From sequence record NC_031047.1: 64,000 nt of DNA, one strand, 5' to 3'. A program made the position numbers and the translations under genes. The DNA is from Escherichia phage HY03. This document shows, in pieces, positions 19,248-29,726 of the stretch. The notes under the pieces are model-generated. The model made no database searches. It had not been told where the DNA came from and worked only from the letters and a program-made list of their open reading frames with translations. Position 1 is the stretch's first letter. Each line of letters starts with the position of its first letter.

Positions 19248-19482
19248 ATTAAGTTGGTGGCAGTTTAAATCTCTTATAACAAATGTTAAAGATGTCATTG
19301 AAGAAAATCCAGGTCCTGAAAATATTACTATTCGCGAAAAAGCTTCAAAGATAGTATACAGTCTTGAAGAGATACAAAAAGACATTGAATCTGTGGCAAA
19401 ATTTATTGATGAGCCCATTAATAAAGTTTATATTCAAGACTATACTGTAGGTCAAATTCGCGATTTAGCAAGGAAAATTTAA
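19240..19482 (+). CDS. Hypothetical protein (tandem paralog 2)
   Basis: ORF track 19225..19482; ATG at 19240 has SD GAGG; shares EEIxxDI ... xDYxxGxI motif with previous ORF. Confidence 0.35.
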   Translation: MIELSWWQFKSLITNVKDVIEENPGPENITIREKASKIVYSLEEIQKDIESVAKFIDEPINKVYIQDYTVGQIRDLARKI

Positions 19483-20165
19483 TGTTTGATTTTATTATAG
19501 ATTTTGAAACAATGGGAAGTGGTGAAAAGGCAGCTGTTATTGATTTGGCTGTTATTGCCTTTGACCCTAATCCAGAAGTAGTTGAAACATTTGATGAATT
19601 AGTTTCACGTGGCATTAAAATCAAATTTGATTTAAAAAGCCAAAAAGGACATCGTCTTTTTACTAAAAGCACTATTGAATGGTGGAAAAATCAGTCTCCT
19701 GAAGCTCGAAAAAATATTGCACCATCAGATGAAGATGTAAGCACCATTGATGGTATTGCAAAATTTAATGATTACATCAATGCACATAACATCGATCCTT
19801 GGAAATCTCAAGGCTGGTGCCGTGGAATGTCGTTTGATTTTCCAATTTTAGTCGATCTCATTCGCGATATTCAACGTCTTAACGGCGTTTCCGAGAATGA
19901 GCTTGATACATTTAAGTTAGAACCGTGTAAATTTTGGAATCAGCGTGATATTCGTACCAGAATTGAAGCGCTTCTACTTGTTCGTGATATGACCACGTGT
20001 CCCCTTCCAAAGGGAACTTTAGATGGATTTGTTGCGCATAATTCTATTCATGACTGTGCGAAAGACATCCTGATGATGAAGTATGCTTTGCGATACGCTA
20101 TGGGTCTTGAAGATGCTCCGTCAGAGGAAGATTGCGATCCTCTGTCTCTTCCAACAAAACGATAA
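19482..20165 (+). CDS. dexA: Exonuclease A (DnaQ-like 3'-5' exonuclease)
   Basis: 227 aa; DFETMGSGE exo I motif. Confidence 0.75.
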   Translation: MFDFIIDFETMGSGEKAAVIDLAVIAFDPNPEVVETFDELVSRGIKIKFDLKSQKGHRLFTKSTIEWWKNQSPEARKNIAPSDEDVSTIDGIAKFNDYINAHNIDPWKSQGWCRGMSFDFPILVDLIRDIQRLNGVSENELDTFKLEPCKFWNQRDIRTRIEALLLVRDMTTCPLPKGTLDGFVAHNSIHDCAKDILMMKYALRYAMGLEDAPSEEDCDPLSLPTKR

Positions 20166-20171
20166 AAAGTT

Positions 20172-20201
20172 GTTTACTTCCTCGGTTAGTTGTGGTATTA
20201 T
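20172..20201 (+). promoter_or_regulatory. T4-type early promoter
   Basis: GTTTACT ... TGTGGTATTAT; approximate. Confidence 0.4.
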
Positions 20202-20228
20202 AACACCATAGCTACTGAGGATAATAAA

Positions 20229-20729
20229 ATGAAAATTTATCGTGTTGAATCATCGTTTAGTATTCTTAATAATGAAGATGCTATAACAATACGTCGAAAT
20301 CTTTGTGTTCAAATAACGCCGTACAGGAGTATAATAGATTCATGGAGCGAAGAGTGGCTATTACACGTAGGTTATGACAGACCTAATTTTATGCATCATA
20401 GCGATAATAATAAAAGAATTCCTTTACCACACGAAGACAAATTATTAGTTAAAAACGCTAATATAGCAATTAATACTAAGTTCAAGAAAGATTATGTTGG
20501 AGTAGAATATCATATTCCAGGATGGTTTATAGCTCTTTATCATTTTGCTTTCGCTAGTGAATATGATATGATGAGATGGTTCACACGAGAAGAGCGTGAA
20601 GAATTATCTTCTAAAGGATTTTATCTTGCTGTATACGAAGTGCCAGATGACCAAGTTATCATTGGCGGACATCAAGTAATGTTCCGTAAATCCCATGCTG
20701 AACTTATAGATTTTATTGAAATGAGATAA
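20229..20729 (+). CDS. Hypothetical protein
   Basis: ORF track 20190..20729; ATG at 20229 with GAGG SD; the upstream extension overlaps the promoter. Confidence 0.45.
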   Translation: MKIYRVESSFSILNNEDAITIRRNLCVQITPYRSIIDSWSEEWLLHVGYDRPNFMHHSDNNKRIPLPHEDKLLVKNANIAINTKFKKDYVGVEYHIPGWFIALYHFAFASEYDMMRWFTREEREELSSKGFYLAVYEVPDDQVIIGGHQVMFRKSHAELIDFIEMR

Positions 20730-20731
20730 TT

Positions 20732-21271
20732 ATGAAATTTAATTATAATCCTGAATACACACCAAATCCGGTAGCTAAACTGATTGATTTTGATGTTGTA
20801 AGCACTTATGTATGCCCTGTTAAACCACTGGAAATTAAGGAACCTACTATGACTACCGCTATTGAAATCGGCAAAATCTACAAACTGGTTGAAACTGAAA
20901 TTAAAACTAATGCCTTGATTTCTGGTCATAAAACTCTGACTGATGTTTTTGGCGAAGGCGAGTTTGTGGTTAAAAGTTTTTCAAAAAGTAATTGGTATGA
21001 TAAGAATAAAGCTTACGTGATTCGAGCACAACGCTTAGATAATGATGAAGTAATTAAAACTATAGTCTTTGAAGCAGAGCTTATCCTCTTCCAAGAATGC
21101 GATCCTACTGACCTTTTGACTCGTGCTGTAGCTATCAAGACACCATTTATTTCGGTCTGTGGTTGGGTAACAGACCAGTGGATTGAAGATGGTGTTGAAC
21201 TCCTGAACGTTGTTCATGCAGGTGATTTTAGCGTAGTACCTCGTAGTGCAGTAGTAGCTATTTTGAATTAA
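20732..21271 (+). CDS. Hypothetical protein (paralog A)
   Basis: ORF track; C-terminus VTDQWIEDGVELLNVV. Confidence 0.45.
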   Translation: MKFNYNPEYTPNPVAKLIDFDVVSTYVCPVKPLEIKEPTMTTAIEIGKIYKLVETEIKTNALISGHKTLTDVFGEGEFVVKSFSKSNWYDKNKAYVIRAQRLDNDEVIKTIVFEAELILFQECDPTDLLTRAVAIKTPFISVCGWVTDQWIEDGVELLNVVHAGDFSVVPRSAVVAILN

Positions 21272-21273
21272 TA

Positions 21274-21303
21274 GTTTACAAACTCTTGGGACCAGAGTAT
21301 AAT
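21274..21303 (+). promoter_or_regulatory. T4-type early promoter
   Basis: GTTTACA ... TATAAT; approximate. Confidence 0.4.
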
Positions 21304-21347
21304 GGTCCTGTGGAGTATAAAATCTTTTTAACAAGTGAGAGATAACT

Positions 21348-21845
21348 ATGATTATTAATATTGGTGAAATTGCTCGTGTATCTGATAAATCCCGTTCTAA
21401 AGCAGCAGGAAAATTGGTTGAAATTGTAAGCATTCAGCTTAAACACGGTGTTAAAGATGAAGATTCTGAAGTAAAAGTGCGTATCATTCCTAAAGATGGA
21501 AAGTCTAAACCCCAGTTTGGCTATGTTCGTGCGAAATTTCTTGAGTCTGCGTTTTTGAAAGCTGTTCCTGCTAAAGGAATTGAAACGATTGATACTTCGC
21601 ATGTAGGTGTAGACTTTAAGTGGAAACTCGGTCAAGCTATTAAGTTCGTCGCTCCTTATGAATTTGAATTTACTGAAGATGAGGAAGGGGTTGTTCAAAA
21701 ACGCCGTACTCGTGCTATGTGCGCATACATTACCGATCAGTGGGTAGAAGATGGTGTTAAGCTGTACAACGCGGTATTTTTAGGAACATACAAAGTCATT
21801 CCTGAAAGTTGGATTAAACACTATAGCAAAGCTCGCTGTGCATAA
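21348..21845 (+). CDS. Hypothetical protein (paralog B of 20732..21271)
   Basis: ORF track; C-terminus ITDQWVEDGVKLYNAV. Confidence 0.45.
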   Translation: MIINIGEIARVSDKSRSKAAGKLVEIVSIQLKHGVKDEDSEVKVRIIPKDGKSKPQFGYVRAKFLESAFLKAVPAKGIETIDTSHVGVDFKWKLGQAIKFVAPYEFEFTEDEEGVVQKRRTRAMCAYITDQWVEDGVKLYNAVFLGTYKVIPESWIKHYSKARCA

Positions 21846-22016
21846 AGTTTAAAATTTTTTCATAAAACTATATACATCAGTAGTTGATTATGGTACTATA
21901 TCAATATCAACTACTGATACAGAAAACAACTTGGAGAATAAAATGGAAATTCGCCAAAGGTGCTGATACTCTTCTGAAACGCATCGCTCCAATGTTTAAT
22001 TAATGAGGAAATTGTA

Positions 22017-22232
22017 ATGAAACGTAAAATTGTTCAGAATTGCACTAATGATGAATTTGAAGATGTATTATTCGATCCAGATTTGGTAGTAGTTCAAAAG
22101 GAACATACTAGCAAGTTTACTCACTTGACTTCTGTTTATGTGTATGAGAAAGTCGGTGATAAACAACCAATTTATGGTGTATTTCGTGAAATTACTGAAA
22201 ATGGCACAACTTATTGGAAGGAAATTTATTAA
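22017..22232 (+). CDS. Hypothetical protein (71 aa)
   Basis: ORF track. Confidence 0.4.
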   Translation: MKRKIVQNCTNDEFEDVLFDPDLVVVQKEHTSKFTHLTSVYVYEKVGDKQPIYGVFREITENGTTYWKEIY

Positions 22233-22645
22233 TGGCTATTAAATTTGAAGTTAATAAATGGTATCAATTCAAAAATAAACAAGCTCAAGAAAATTTTATT
22301 AAAGACCATACTGATAACGGAATCTATGCGCGGCGTTTAGGTATGGAACCTTTTAAAATTTTAGATGTTGACTATTACGGGCGTCCTACTAAAATTGTGA
22401 CATCTACTGGCATAGTTGGATATTCATCACGAGGTACAGTCATTGACGAAAACTTTATCTGGCTTTCTAGCAACGAAGCCGAGTTCTTTAATGAAGTGGA
22501 AAATCCATATCAGGCTGCTGAAGAGCAGGAAGACCCTGCACCAGTAACTGAACCATCTGAATTCCCGGTAATGAAAGTTACTATTGAAAATAATGAACAA
22601 GCATGGTCCTTGTATCAGATGTTGAAAGCTCACTTTAAGGAATAA
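22232..22645 (+). CDS. Hypothetical protein (goF position)
   Basis: ORF track 22214..22645; ATG at 22232 overlaps previous stop. Confidence 0.4.
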   Translation: MAIKFEVNKWYQFKNKQAQENFIKDHTDNGIYARRLGMEPFKILDVDYYGRPTKIVTSTGIVGYSSRGTVIDENFIWLSSNEAEFFNEVENPYQAAEEQEDPAPVTEPSEFPVMKVTIENNEQAWSLYQMLKAHFKE

Positions 22646-22647
22646 TT

Positions 22648-22824
22648 ATGCCGCTTTATGATTATAAATGTCAATCCAAAGACTGTGCAAAAGAATACGA
22701 AAAAATCAAGAAAATTTCTGAAAGAGATACTGATGTATGTCCTGATTGTCATCGGATTGCTATTCGGTTAGTTTCCGCTCCTAAGCATGTGAACGGTGGA
22801 TTTTACGACTTACTTAAAGGGTAA
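22648..22824 (+). CDS. Small zinc-ribbon protein (CxxxxC ... CxxC)
   Basis: 58 aa read from sequence: YKCQSKDC ... CPDCH. Confidence 0.35.
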   Translation: MPLYDYKCQSKDCAKEYEKIKKISERDTDVCPDCHRIAIRLVSAPKHVNGGFYDLLKG

Positions 22825-22826
22825 TT

Positions 22827-23084
22827 ATGAAATATGTTAATCGTTCTATCGCAGCATTAGTATTAGCAGTGTCTTTAGTAGGATGTACTGATGCTGATAA
22901 TGCAACCAAAGTTTTGTCTTCAAGCGGTTTTACTAATATTGAAATCACTGGATATAATTGGTTCGGTTGCTCTGAAAATGATTTCCAGCATACTGGATTT
23001 CGTGCTATTGGGACCTACTGGGCAGAAAGTAGAAGGAACAGTATGTTCTGGACTATTCTTCAAGGATTCGACTATCCGTTTTAA
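22827..23084 (+). CDS. Putative lipoprotein (LVGC lipobox)
   Basis: ORF track; N-terminus MKYVNRSIAALVLAVSLVGC. Confidence 0.5.
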   Translation: MKYVNRSIAALVLAVSLVGCTDADNATKVLSSSGFTNIEITGYNWFGCSENDFQHTGFRAIGTYWAESRRNSMFWTILQGFDYPF

Positions 23085-23087
23085 ATA

Positions 23088-23105
23088 AAAGGCCTTCGGG
23101 CCTTT
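23088..23105 (+). terminator. Hairpin aaaggcc-UUCG-ggccttt (terminator-like)
   Basis: Seen in sequence; T-run interrupted. Confidence 0.4.
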
Positions 23106-23157
23106 AGCTTTATGATTACCGGAGTATAATATTCCCGAAACCAAACGAGGATAAGTG

Positions 23158-24708
23158 ATGATTAAGAATGAAATTAAAATTCTGAGCGATATTGAACATA
23201 TCAAAAAGCGTAGCGGCATGTACATTGGCTCTTCTGCTAATGAAATGCATGAGCGCTTTCTGTTTGGTAAATGGGAAAGTGTTCAGTATGTACCTGGTCT
23301 TGTTAAGCTTATTGATGAAATTATCGATAACTCAGTAGATGAAGGTATTCGTACTAAGTTTAAATTCGCAAATAAAATTAATGTTACTATTAAAAACAAT
23401 CAAGTAACAGTTGAAGATAACGGTCGCGGTATTCCACAGGCGATGGTTAAAACACCTACCGGTGAAGAAATTCCTGGTCCTGTTGCTGCGTGGACTATTC
23501 CAAAAGCAGGTGGTAACTTCGGTGATGATAAAGAACGCGTCACTGGCGGTATGAATGGTGTTGGTTCTAGTTTGACAAACATTTTTTCTGTGATGTTTGT
23601 CGGTGAAACTGGTGATGGTCAAAATAATATTGTAGTTCGTTGTTCAAATGGCATGGAAAATAAATCATGGGAAGATATTCCCGGAAAATGGAAAGGAACT
23701 CGTGTTACTTTCATTCCTGATTTTATGTCATTTGAAACTAATGAGTTGTCCCAAGTTTATCTTGACATTACATTAGATCGTCTCCAGACACTTGCTGTTG
23801 TTTATCCTGATATTCAATTTACCTTTAATGGTAAAAAGGTTCAGGGCAATTTTAAGAAATATGCACGCCAATATGATGAACATGCTATCGTTCAAGAACA
23901 AGAAAATTGTTCTATTGCGGTCGGTCGTTCACCGGATGGTTTTCGTCAATTAACATACGTCAATAACATTCACACTAAGAATGGTGGTCATCACATTGAC
24001 TGTGTTATGGATGATATTTGTGAAGACCTTATTCCACAAATCAAACGTAAGTTCAAAATTGATGTAACTAAAGCACGTGTCAAAGAATGTTTGACTATCG
24101 TTATGTTTGTTCGTGATATGAAAAACATGCGATTTGATTCTCAAACTAAAGAACGACTTACTTCTCCTTTTGGTGAAATTCGTAGTCATATTCAACTTGA
24201 TGCTAAAAAGATTTCACGTGCTATTTTAAATAATGAAGCAATTTTAATGCCGATTATTGAAGCTGCTTTGGCTCGTAAATTGGCGGCAGAAAAAGCAGCA
24301 GAAACTAAAGCAGCTAAAAAGGCTTCTAAAGCTAAGGTTCATAAACATATTAAAGCGAATCTTTGCGGTAAAGATGCTGACACTACTCTTTTCTTGACTG
24401 AGGGTGATTCGGCTATCGGATATCTTATTGATGTTCGTGATAAAGAACTTCACGGCGGTTATCCATTGCGTGGTAAAGTTCTTAATAGCTGGGGTATGTC
24501 ATATGCTGATATGCTTAAAAACAAAGAACTATTTGATATTTGCGCAATCACTGGATTAGTTCTTGGTGAAAAAGCGTTTGAAGAAAAAGAAGACGGTGAG
24601 TGGTTTACTCTCGAACTAAATGGTGATACAATTATTGTAAATGAAAATGATGAAGTACAGATTAATGGTAAATGGATAACAGTAGGTGAATTACGAAAAA
24701 ATCTATAA
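23158..24708 (+). CDS. 39: DNA topoisomerase II large subunit gp39 (GyrB-like ATPase)
   Basis: ORF track 23155..24708; MIKNEIKILSDIEHIKKRSGMYIGS; GHKL ATPase motifs. Confidence 0.85.
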   Translation: MIKNEIKILSDIEHIKKRSGMYIGSSANEMHERFLFGKWESVQYVPGLVKLIDEIIDNSVDEGIRTKFKFANKINVTIKNNQVTVEDNGRGIPQAMVKTPTGEEIPGPVAAWTIPKAGGNFGDDKERVTGGMNGVGSSLTNIFSVMFVGETGDGQNNIVVRCSNGMENKSWEDIPGKWKGTRVTFIPDFMSFETNELSQVYLDITLDRLQTLAVVYPDIQFTFNGKKVQGNFKKYARQYDEHAIVQEQENCSIAVGRSPDGFRQLTYVNNIHTKNGGHHIDCVMDDICEDLIPQIKRKFKIDVTKARVKECLTIVMFVRDMKNMRFDSQTKERLTSPFGEIRSHIQLDAKKISRAILNNEAILMPIIEAALARKLAAEKAAETKAAKKASKAKVHKHIKANLCGKDADTTLFLTEGDSAIGYLIDVRDKELHGGYPLRGKVLNSWGMSYADMLKNKELFDICAITGLVLGEKAFEEKEDGEWFTLELNGDTIIVNENDEVQINGKWITVGELRKNL

Positions 24709-25504
24709 TGACTTAATAGCGCGGGGTAAAACTCGCGTTTCTAAATTTAAAGGTGAAATTCACCATATCCTTCCAAGATCAATGGGAGGTTCTGATGATA
24801 AAGAAAATTTGGTAAAACTGACTTTTCGTGAACACTTTTTAGCACATTTTCTACTATATAAAATTCATCGTAATCGTGAAATGGCATATGCGATGAATAG
24901 AATGTTAAACACTGAAAAATATTTACGTTCTAGTAAATTATATGAAATTGCTAGAATTTACCATCAAAGAGCAGTATCTGAATGGTCAAAAAACTTTATG
25001 AAAGATAAAGTTTTAATGAGAAGTATTAAATCGGGTAAATGCGCCTTATTAATTAAAGGATCATTTAACCCAAAGGAATGGTGCGGTGTTAATAAAGGTG
25101 TTAAGCTTCCTGGAATTAAAGGCATGACATGCTTTAAAAATGAAAAAGGCGAAGTTTTTCGTCTTCATGTTAATGATCCACGCATTAAAGCTGAAAAATT
25201 AGTTGGTATTGGAAATACTGTTGCTGCTACTGCAAAAGCAGCTGAACTTGAAAAAGCGAAACCATGGTATAATAAATCAGCGACAAATCCAGAGGCTGTA
25301 AAATTAATACCAAATTTATATGAATGGTACGTCACGAAATATGACCCCGATCATTATAAACGAACGGGAGTTGCTAAATGGAAATCAGTTAATAATATAA
25401 CTGTGAATTCAAAATTATTCGGCCGAGCATTTAATGAATTTAAACGCGGCTGGATTCCTGATGAAAAGTTCTACGAGGTGTATAATGAAATTTGTAAAAA
25501 TTGA
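24686..25504 (+). CDS. mobA: HNH homing endonuclease (MobA-like), GTG start overlapping the end of gene 39
   Basis: 272 aa; HHILPRSMGGSDDKENLVKLTFREH HNH core; N-terminus parallels the mobE-like ORF at 57655. Confidence 0.65.
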   Translation: MNYEKIYNDLIARGKTRVSKFKGEIHHILPRSMGGSDDKENLVKLTFREHFLAHFLLYKIHRNREMAYAMNRMLNTEKYLRSSKLYEIARIYHQRAVSEWSKNFMKDKVLMRSIKSGKCALLIKGSFNPKEWCGVNKGVKLPGIKGMTCFKNEKGEVFRLHVNDPRIKAEKLVGIGNTVAATAKAAELEKAKPWYNKSATNPEAVKLIPNLYEWYVTKYDPDHYKRTGVAKWKSVNNITVNSKLFGRAFNEFKRGWIPDEKFYEVYNEICKN

Positions 25505-26017
25505 TTCTTCTAGCATTGATATGAAAAAATATAAATCGCAGAACAATGTCCGTCGTTCTATTAAATCCTCTTCAATGAACTATGCGAATGTCGCTATTAT
25601 GACAGACGCAGATCACGATGGATAGCCTTCGGGCTATCTATAGAAATACCTCATAATTAAGAGATTATTGGATTAGGTTCTATTTATCCTTCTCTGCTCG
25701 GATTTTTTAGTAATTGGCCAGAATTGTTTGAGCAAGGACGAATTCGTTTTGTCAAAACTCCTGTAATCATCGCTCAGGTCGGTAAAAAACAAGAATGGTT
25801 TTATACAGTCGCTGAATATGAGAGTGCCAAAGATGCTCTACCTAAACATAGCATCCGTTATATTAAAGGACTTGGTTCTTTGGAAAAATCTGAATATCGT
25901 GAGATGATTCAAAACCCAGTATATGATGTTGTTAAACTTCCTGAGAATTGGAAAGAGCTTTTTGAAATGCTCATGGGAGATAATGCTGACCTTCGTAAAG
26001 AATGGATGAGCCAGTAG
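25485..26017 (+). CDS. 60: Topoisomerase II subunit gp60, translated with a 50-nt ribosomal bypass (codons 1-46 at 25485..25622, resumes 25673..26017)
   Basis: MKFVKIDSS ... DADHDG-GGA-UAG, hairpin, landing GGA, then LGSIYPSLLGFFSNWPELFEQGRIRF in frame; matches the established T4 gene 60 bypass. Confidence 0.85.
25623..25672 (+). other. Gene 60 coding gap (translational bypass element: UAG stop, UUCG-loop hairpin, landing GGA)
   Basis: Sequence tagccttcgggctatctatagaaatacctcataattaagagattattgga seen directly. Confidence 0.85.
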
Positions 26018-26046
26018 TTTACTTTACCACAAGGATGTGGTATAAT
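26017..26046 (+). promoter_or_regulatory. T4-type early promoter
   Basis: GTTTACT ... 17 bp ... TATAAT; approximate. Confidence 0.45.
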
Positions 26047-26071
26047 TAATTGGGCAAATGAGGATATTGAA

Positions 26072-26275
26072 ATGAAATCATATAGAGTAAATTTAGAACT
26101 TTTTGATAAAGCAGTTCATCGAGAATATAGAATCATTCAACGCTTTTTCGATATGGGAGAAGCCGAAGAATTTAAAAACCGCTTTAAGGATATTAGAGAT
26201 AAAATTCAATCCGACACCGCAACTAAAGATGAACTACTAGAAGTTGCTGAAGTTATTAAACGCAATATGAATTAA
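26072..26275 (+). CDS. Hypothetical protein (rIIA.1 position)
   Basis: ORF track. Confidence 0.45.
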   Translation: MKSYRVNLELFDKAVHREYRIIQRFFDMGEAEEFKNRFKDIRDKIQSDTATKDELLEVAEVIKRNMN

Positions 26276-26285
26276 TGAGGAAATT

Positions 26286-28463
26286 ATGATTATCACCACT
26301 GAAAAAGAAACAATTCTTGGTAATGGTTCTAAATCAAAAGCATTTAGCATCACAGCATCTCCTAAAGTATTTAAAATTCTGTCATCTGATTTGTATACAA
26401 ACAAAATTCGCGCAGTAGTCCGTGAATTAATTACTAACATGATTGATGCTCATGCACTTAATGGAAATCCTGAAAAATTTATTATACAAGTTCCTGGACG
26501 TTTAGACCCACGATTTGTTTGTCGAGATTTTGGTCCGGGTATGAGTGATTTTGATATTCAAGGTGATGATAATTCTCCTGGTCTGTATAATTCATACTTC
26601 AGTTCATCTAAGGCTGAATCTAACGATTTCATTGGCGGATTTGGTTTAGGTTCTAAATCTCCATTTAGTTATACTGATACATTTAGTATTACTTCGTATC
26701 ATAAAGGTGAAATTCGTGGTTATGTAGCTTACATGGATGGTGATGGTCCACAGATTAAACCTACATTCGTAAAAGAAATGGGTCCAGATGATAAAACTGG
26801 TATTGAAATCGTAGTTCCAGTTGAAGAAAAAGACTTTAGAAACTTTGCTTATGAAGTTTCTTATATCATGCGACCGTTCAAAGATTTGGCTATCATTAAT
26901 GGTCTTGACCGCGAAATTGATTATTTTCCGGATTTTGATGACTATTACGGTGTAAATCCAGAAAGATACTGGCCAGATCGTGGTGGATTGTATGCTATCT
27001 ATGGTGGTATTGTTTATCCTATTGATGGTGTTATTAGAGACCGTAACTGGCTAAGCATTCGCAATGAAGTGAATTACATTAAGTTTCCAATGGGTTCACT
27101 TGATATTGCTCCATCACGTGAAGCTCTTTCATTGGATGATCGTACTCGTAAAAATATTATTGAACGAGTTAAAGAGCTTAGTGAGAAAGCATTTAATGAA
27201 GATGTAAAACGATTTAAAGAATCTACATCTCCTCGTCACACATACCGTGAATTGATGAAGATGGGGTATTCTGCTCGAGATTATATGATTAGTAATTCAG
27301 TCAAATTCACGACTAAAAATCTGTCATATAAAAAGATGCAGAGCATGTTTGAACCTGACAGTAAGTTATGCAATGCAGGGGTTGTGTATGAAGTAAATCT
27401 TGACCCTCGACTGAAACGCATTAAGCAAAGTCATGAAACTTCAGCCGTCGCATCAAGTTATCGTCTGTTTGGTATTAATACAACAAAAATTAATATCGTT
27501 ATTGATGATATTAAAAATCGTGTTAATATTGTTCGTGGATTAGCACATGCGTTAGATGATAGTGAATTTAATAACACTTTAAATATTCATCACAATGAGC
27601 GTCTTCTGTTTATTAATCCAGAAGTAGAATCGCAGATTGATTTACTCCCTGATATTATGGCGATGTTTGAAAGTGATGAAGTTAACATTCATTATTTGTC
27701 AGAAATCGAAGCTTTAGTTAAAAGCTATATTCCAAAGGTAGTTAAAAGTAAAGCTCCTCGTCCTAAAGCTGCTACAGCATTTAAGTTTGAAATTAAAGAC
27801 GGGCGCTGGGAAAAAGAGGAATTATTTACGCTCACATCAGAAGCAGATGAAATTACTGGTTATGTAGCGTATATGCATCGTTCTGATATTTTCTCTATGG
27901 ATGGTACTACATCTCTTTGTCATCCATCTATGAATATTTTGATTCGTATGGCTAATCTTATTGGCATTAATGAATTTTATGTTATTCGTCCGCTTTTACA
28001 GAAAAAGGTAAAAGAACTCGGTCAGTGCCAATGTATTTTTGAAACTTTGCGTGATTTATATGTAGATGCTTTTGATGATGTAGATTATGATAAGTACGTA
28101 GGTTATTCAAGTTCAGCTCAACGATATATTGATAAAATTATCAAGTATCCTGAGTTAGATTTTATGATGAAGTACTTCAGTACAGATGAAGTTTCTGAAG
28201 AATATACACGACTCGCTAATATAGTTAGTTCATTGCGCGGTGTATATTTTAATGGTGGAAAAGATACCATTGGTCATGACATCTGGACAGTAACTAATCT
28301 TTTTGATGTATTATCAAATAATGCTTCAAAAAACAGTGATAAAATGGTTGCTGAGTTTACCAAGAAATTCCGCATTGTTTCCGACTTCATCGGTTATCGC
28401 AACTCTTTAAGTGATGATGAAGTTTCTCAAATCGCTAAAACTATGAAGGCCCTTGCGGCCTAA
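26286..28463 (+). CDS. rIIA: rIIA protein
   Basis: 725 aa; GHKL-like N-terminal ATPase motif region; size and position as T4 rIIA. Confidence 0.85.
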   Translation: MIITTEKETILGNGSKSKAFSITASPKVFKILSSDLYTNKIRAVVRELITNMIDAHALNGNPEKFIIQVPGRLDPRFVCRDFGPGMSDFDIQGDDNSPGLYNSYFSSSKAESNDFIGGFGLGSKSPFSYTDTFSITSYHKGEIRGYVAYMDGDGPQIKPTFVKEMGPDDKTGIEIVVPVEEKDFRNFAYEVSYIMRPFKDLAIINGLDREIDYFPDFDDYYGVNPERYWPDRGGLYAIYGGIVYPIDGVIRDRNWLSIRNEVNYIKFPMGSLDIAPSREALSLDDRTRKNIIERVKELSEKAFNEDVKRFKESTSPRHTYRELMKMGYSARDYMISNSVKFTTKNLSYKKMQSMFEPDSKLCNAGVVYEVNLDPRLKRIKQSHETSAVASSYRLFGINTTKINIVIDDIKNRVNIVRGLAHALDDSEFNNTLNIHHNERLLFINPEVESQIDLLPDIMAMFESDEVNIHYLSEIEALVKSYIPKVVKSKAPRPKAATAFKFEIKDGRWEKEELFTLTSEADEITGYVAYMHRSDIFSMDGTTSLCHPSMNILIRMANLIGINEFYVIRPLLQKKVKELGQCQCIFETLRDLYVDAFDDVDYDKYVGYSSSAQRYIDKIIKYPELDFMMKYFSTDEVSEEYTRLANIVSSLRGVYFNGGKDTIGHDIWTVTNLFDVLSNNASKNSDKMVAEFTKKFRIVSDFIGYRNSLSDDEVSQIAKTMKALAA

Positions 28464-28474
28464 TAAGGAAAATT

Positions 28475-29413
28475 ATGTACAATATTAAATGCCTGACCAA
28501 AAACGAACAAGCTGAAATTGTTAAACTGTATTCAAGCGGTAATTATACCCAACAGGAATTGGCTGATTGGCAAGGTGTATCGGTTGACACAATCCGTCGT
28601 GTTTTGAAAAATGCTGAAGAAGCTAAACACCCTAAAGTTACTATTAGCGGTGACATTACAGTTGAAGTTAAGAGTGATGTAGCTATTGCTCCAGTTGCTA
28701 AATCTGACATTATTTGGAATGCATCTAAAAAATTCATTTCAATTACTGTTGACGGTGTAACTTATAACGCAACTCCTAATACTCATTCAAACTTCCAGGA
28801 AATTCTTAATCTGCTTGTAGCGGATAAGCTGGAAGAAGCAGCACAAAAAATTAATGTTCGTCGCGCCGTTGAAAAATATATTTCCGGCGATGTTCGAATT
28901 GAAGGTGGAAGCTTGTTCTATCAAAATATCGAATTGCGGTCTGGTTTGGTTGATCGTATTCTTGACTCGATGGAAAAAGGCGAAAACTTTGAATTTTATT
29001 TTCCGTTCTTGGAAAATCTGCTGGAAAACCCAAGCCAAAAAGCGGTATCTCGACTCTTTGATTTCTTGGTAGCAAACGATATTGAAATTACAGAAGATGG
29101 TTACTTCTATGCTTGGAAAGTAGTTCGCAGCAATTACTTTGACTGTCACTCAAACACCTTTGATAACAGTCCTGGTAAAGTAGTTAAAATGCCACGTACT
29201 CGTGTGAATGACGATGATACACAAACTTGTTCTCGTGGTCTGCATGTGTGTTCTAAATCTTATATTCGTCACTTTGGCAGTTCAACCAGTCGAGTTGTAA
29301 AAGTTAAAGTACATCCGCGTGATGTAGTATCAATTCCGATTGATTACAACGATGCTAAAATGCGTACCTGCCAATACGAAGTAGTTGAAGACGTTACTGA
29401 ACAATTTAGATAA
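28475..29413 (+). CDS. rIIB: rIIB protein
   Basis: 312 aa directly downstream of rIIA. Confidence 0.85.
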   Translation: MYNIKCLTKNEQAEIVKLYSSGNYTQQELADWQGVSVDTIRRVLKNAEEAKHPKVTISGDITVEVKSDVAIAPVAKSDIIWNASKKFISITVDGVTYNATPNTHSNFQEILNLLVADKLEEAAQKINVRRAVEKYISGDVRIEGGSLFYQNIELRSGLVDRILDSMEKGENFEFYFPFLENLLENPSQKAVSRLFDFLVANDIEITEDGYFYAWKVVRSNYFDCHSNTFDNSPGKVVKMPRTRVNDDDTQTCSRGLHVCSKSYIRHFGSSTSRVVKVKVHPRDVVSIPIDYNDAKMRTCQYEVVEDVTEQFR

Positions 29414-29445
29414 GGGCTTCGGCCCTTATCACATTAAGGAAAATT

Positions 29446-29640
29446 ATGTTAGGTTATCAAGCACGAGTAAAAGAAGAATACGACCAATTAATGCTCAAAA
29501 TTAATGCACTGAGCAAATTTTTAGAAAGTACAAAGTTTCTAACGATTAATGAAGTTGAGCAAGAACTGTTGTTTTCGCAGTTTATCTCAATGAAATCTTA
29601 TGCAGAGTGTTTAGAGAAAAGAATCGCACAATTCAAATAA
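29446..29640 (+). CDS. Hypothetical protein
   Basis: ORF track; flanked by UUCG hairpins. Confidence 0.4.
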   Translation: MLGYQARVKEEYDQLMLKINALSKFLESTKFLTINEVEQELLFSQFISMKSYAECLEKRIAQFK

Positions 29641-29644
29641 AGTA

Positions 29645-29667
29645 AAGGGCTTCGGCCCTTTTGTTTT
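29645..29667 (+). terminator. Rho-independent terminator (aagggc-UUCG-gccctt plus T-rich)
   Basis: Seen in sequence. Confidence 0.55.
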
Positions 29668-29726
29668 AAGAGAAACTATGATTTATTATATGAATATCAG
29701 TGATTCCGACGTAAAAGGAAAGTTTA

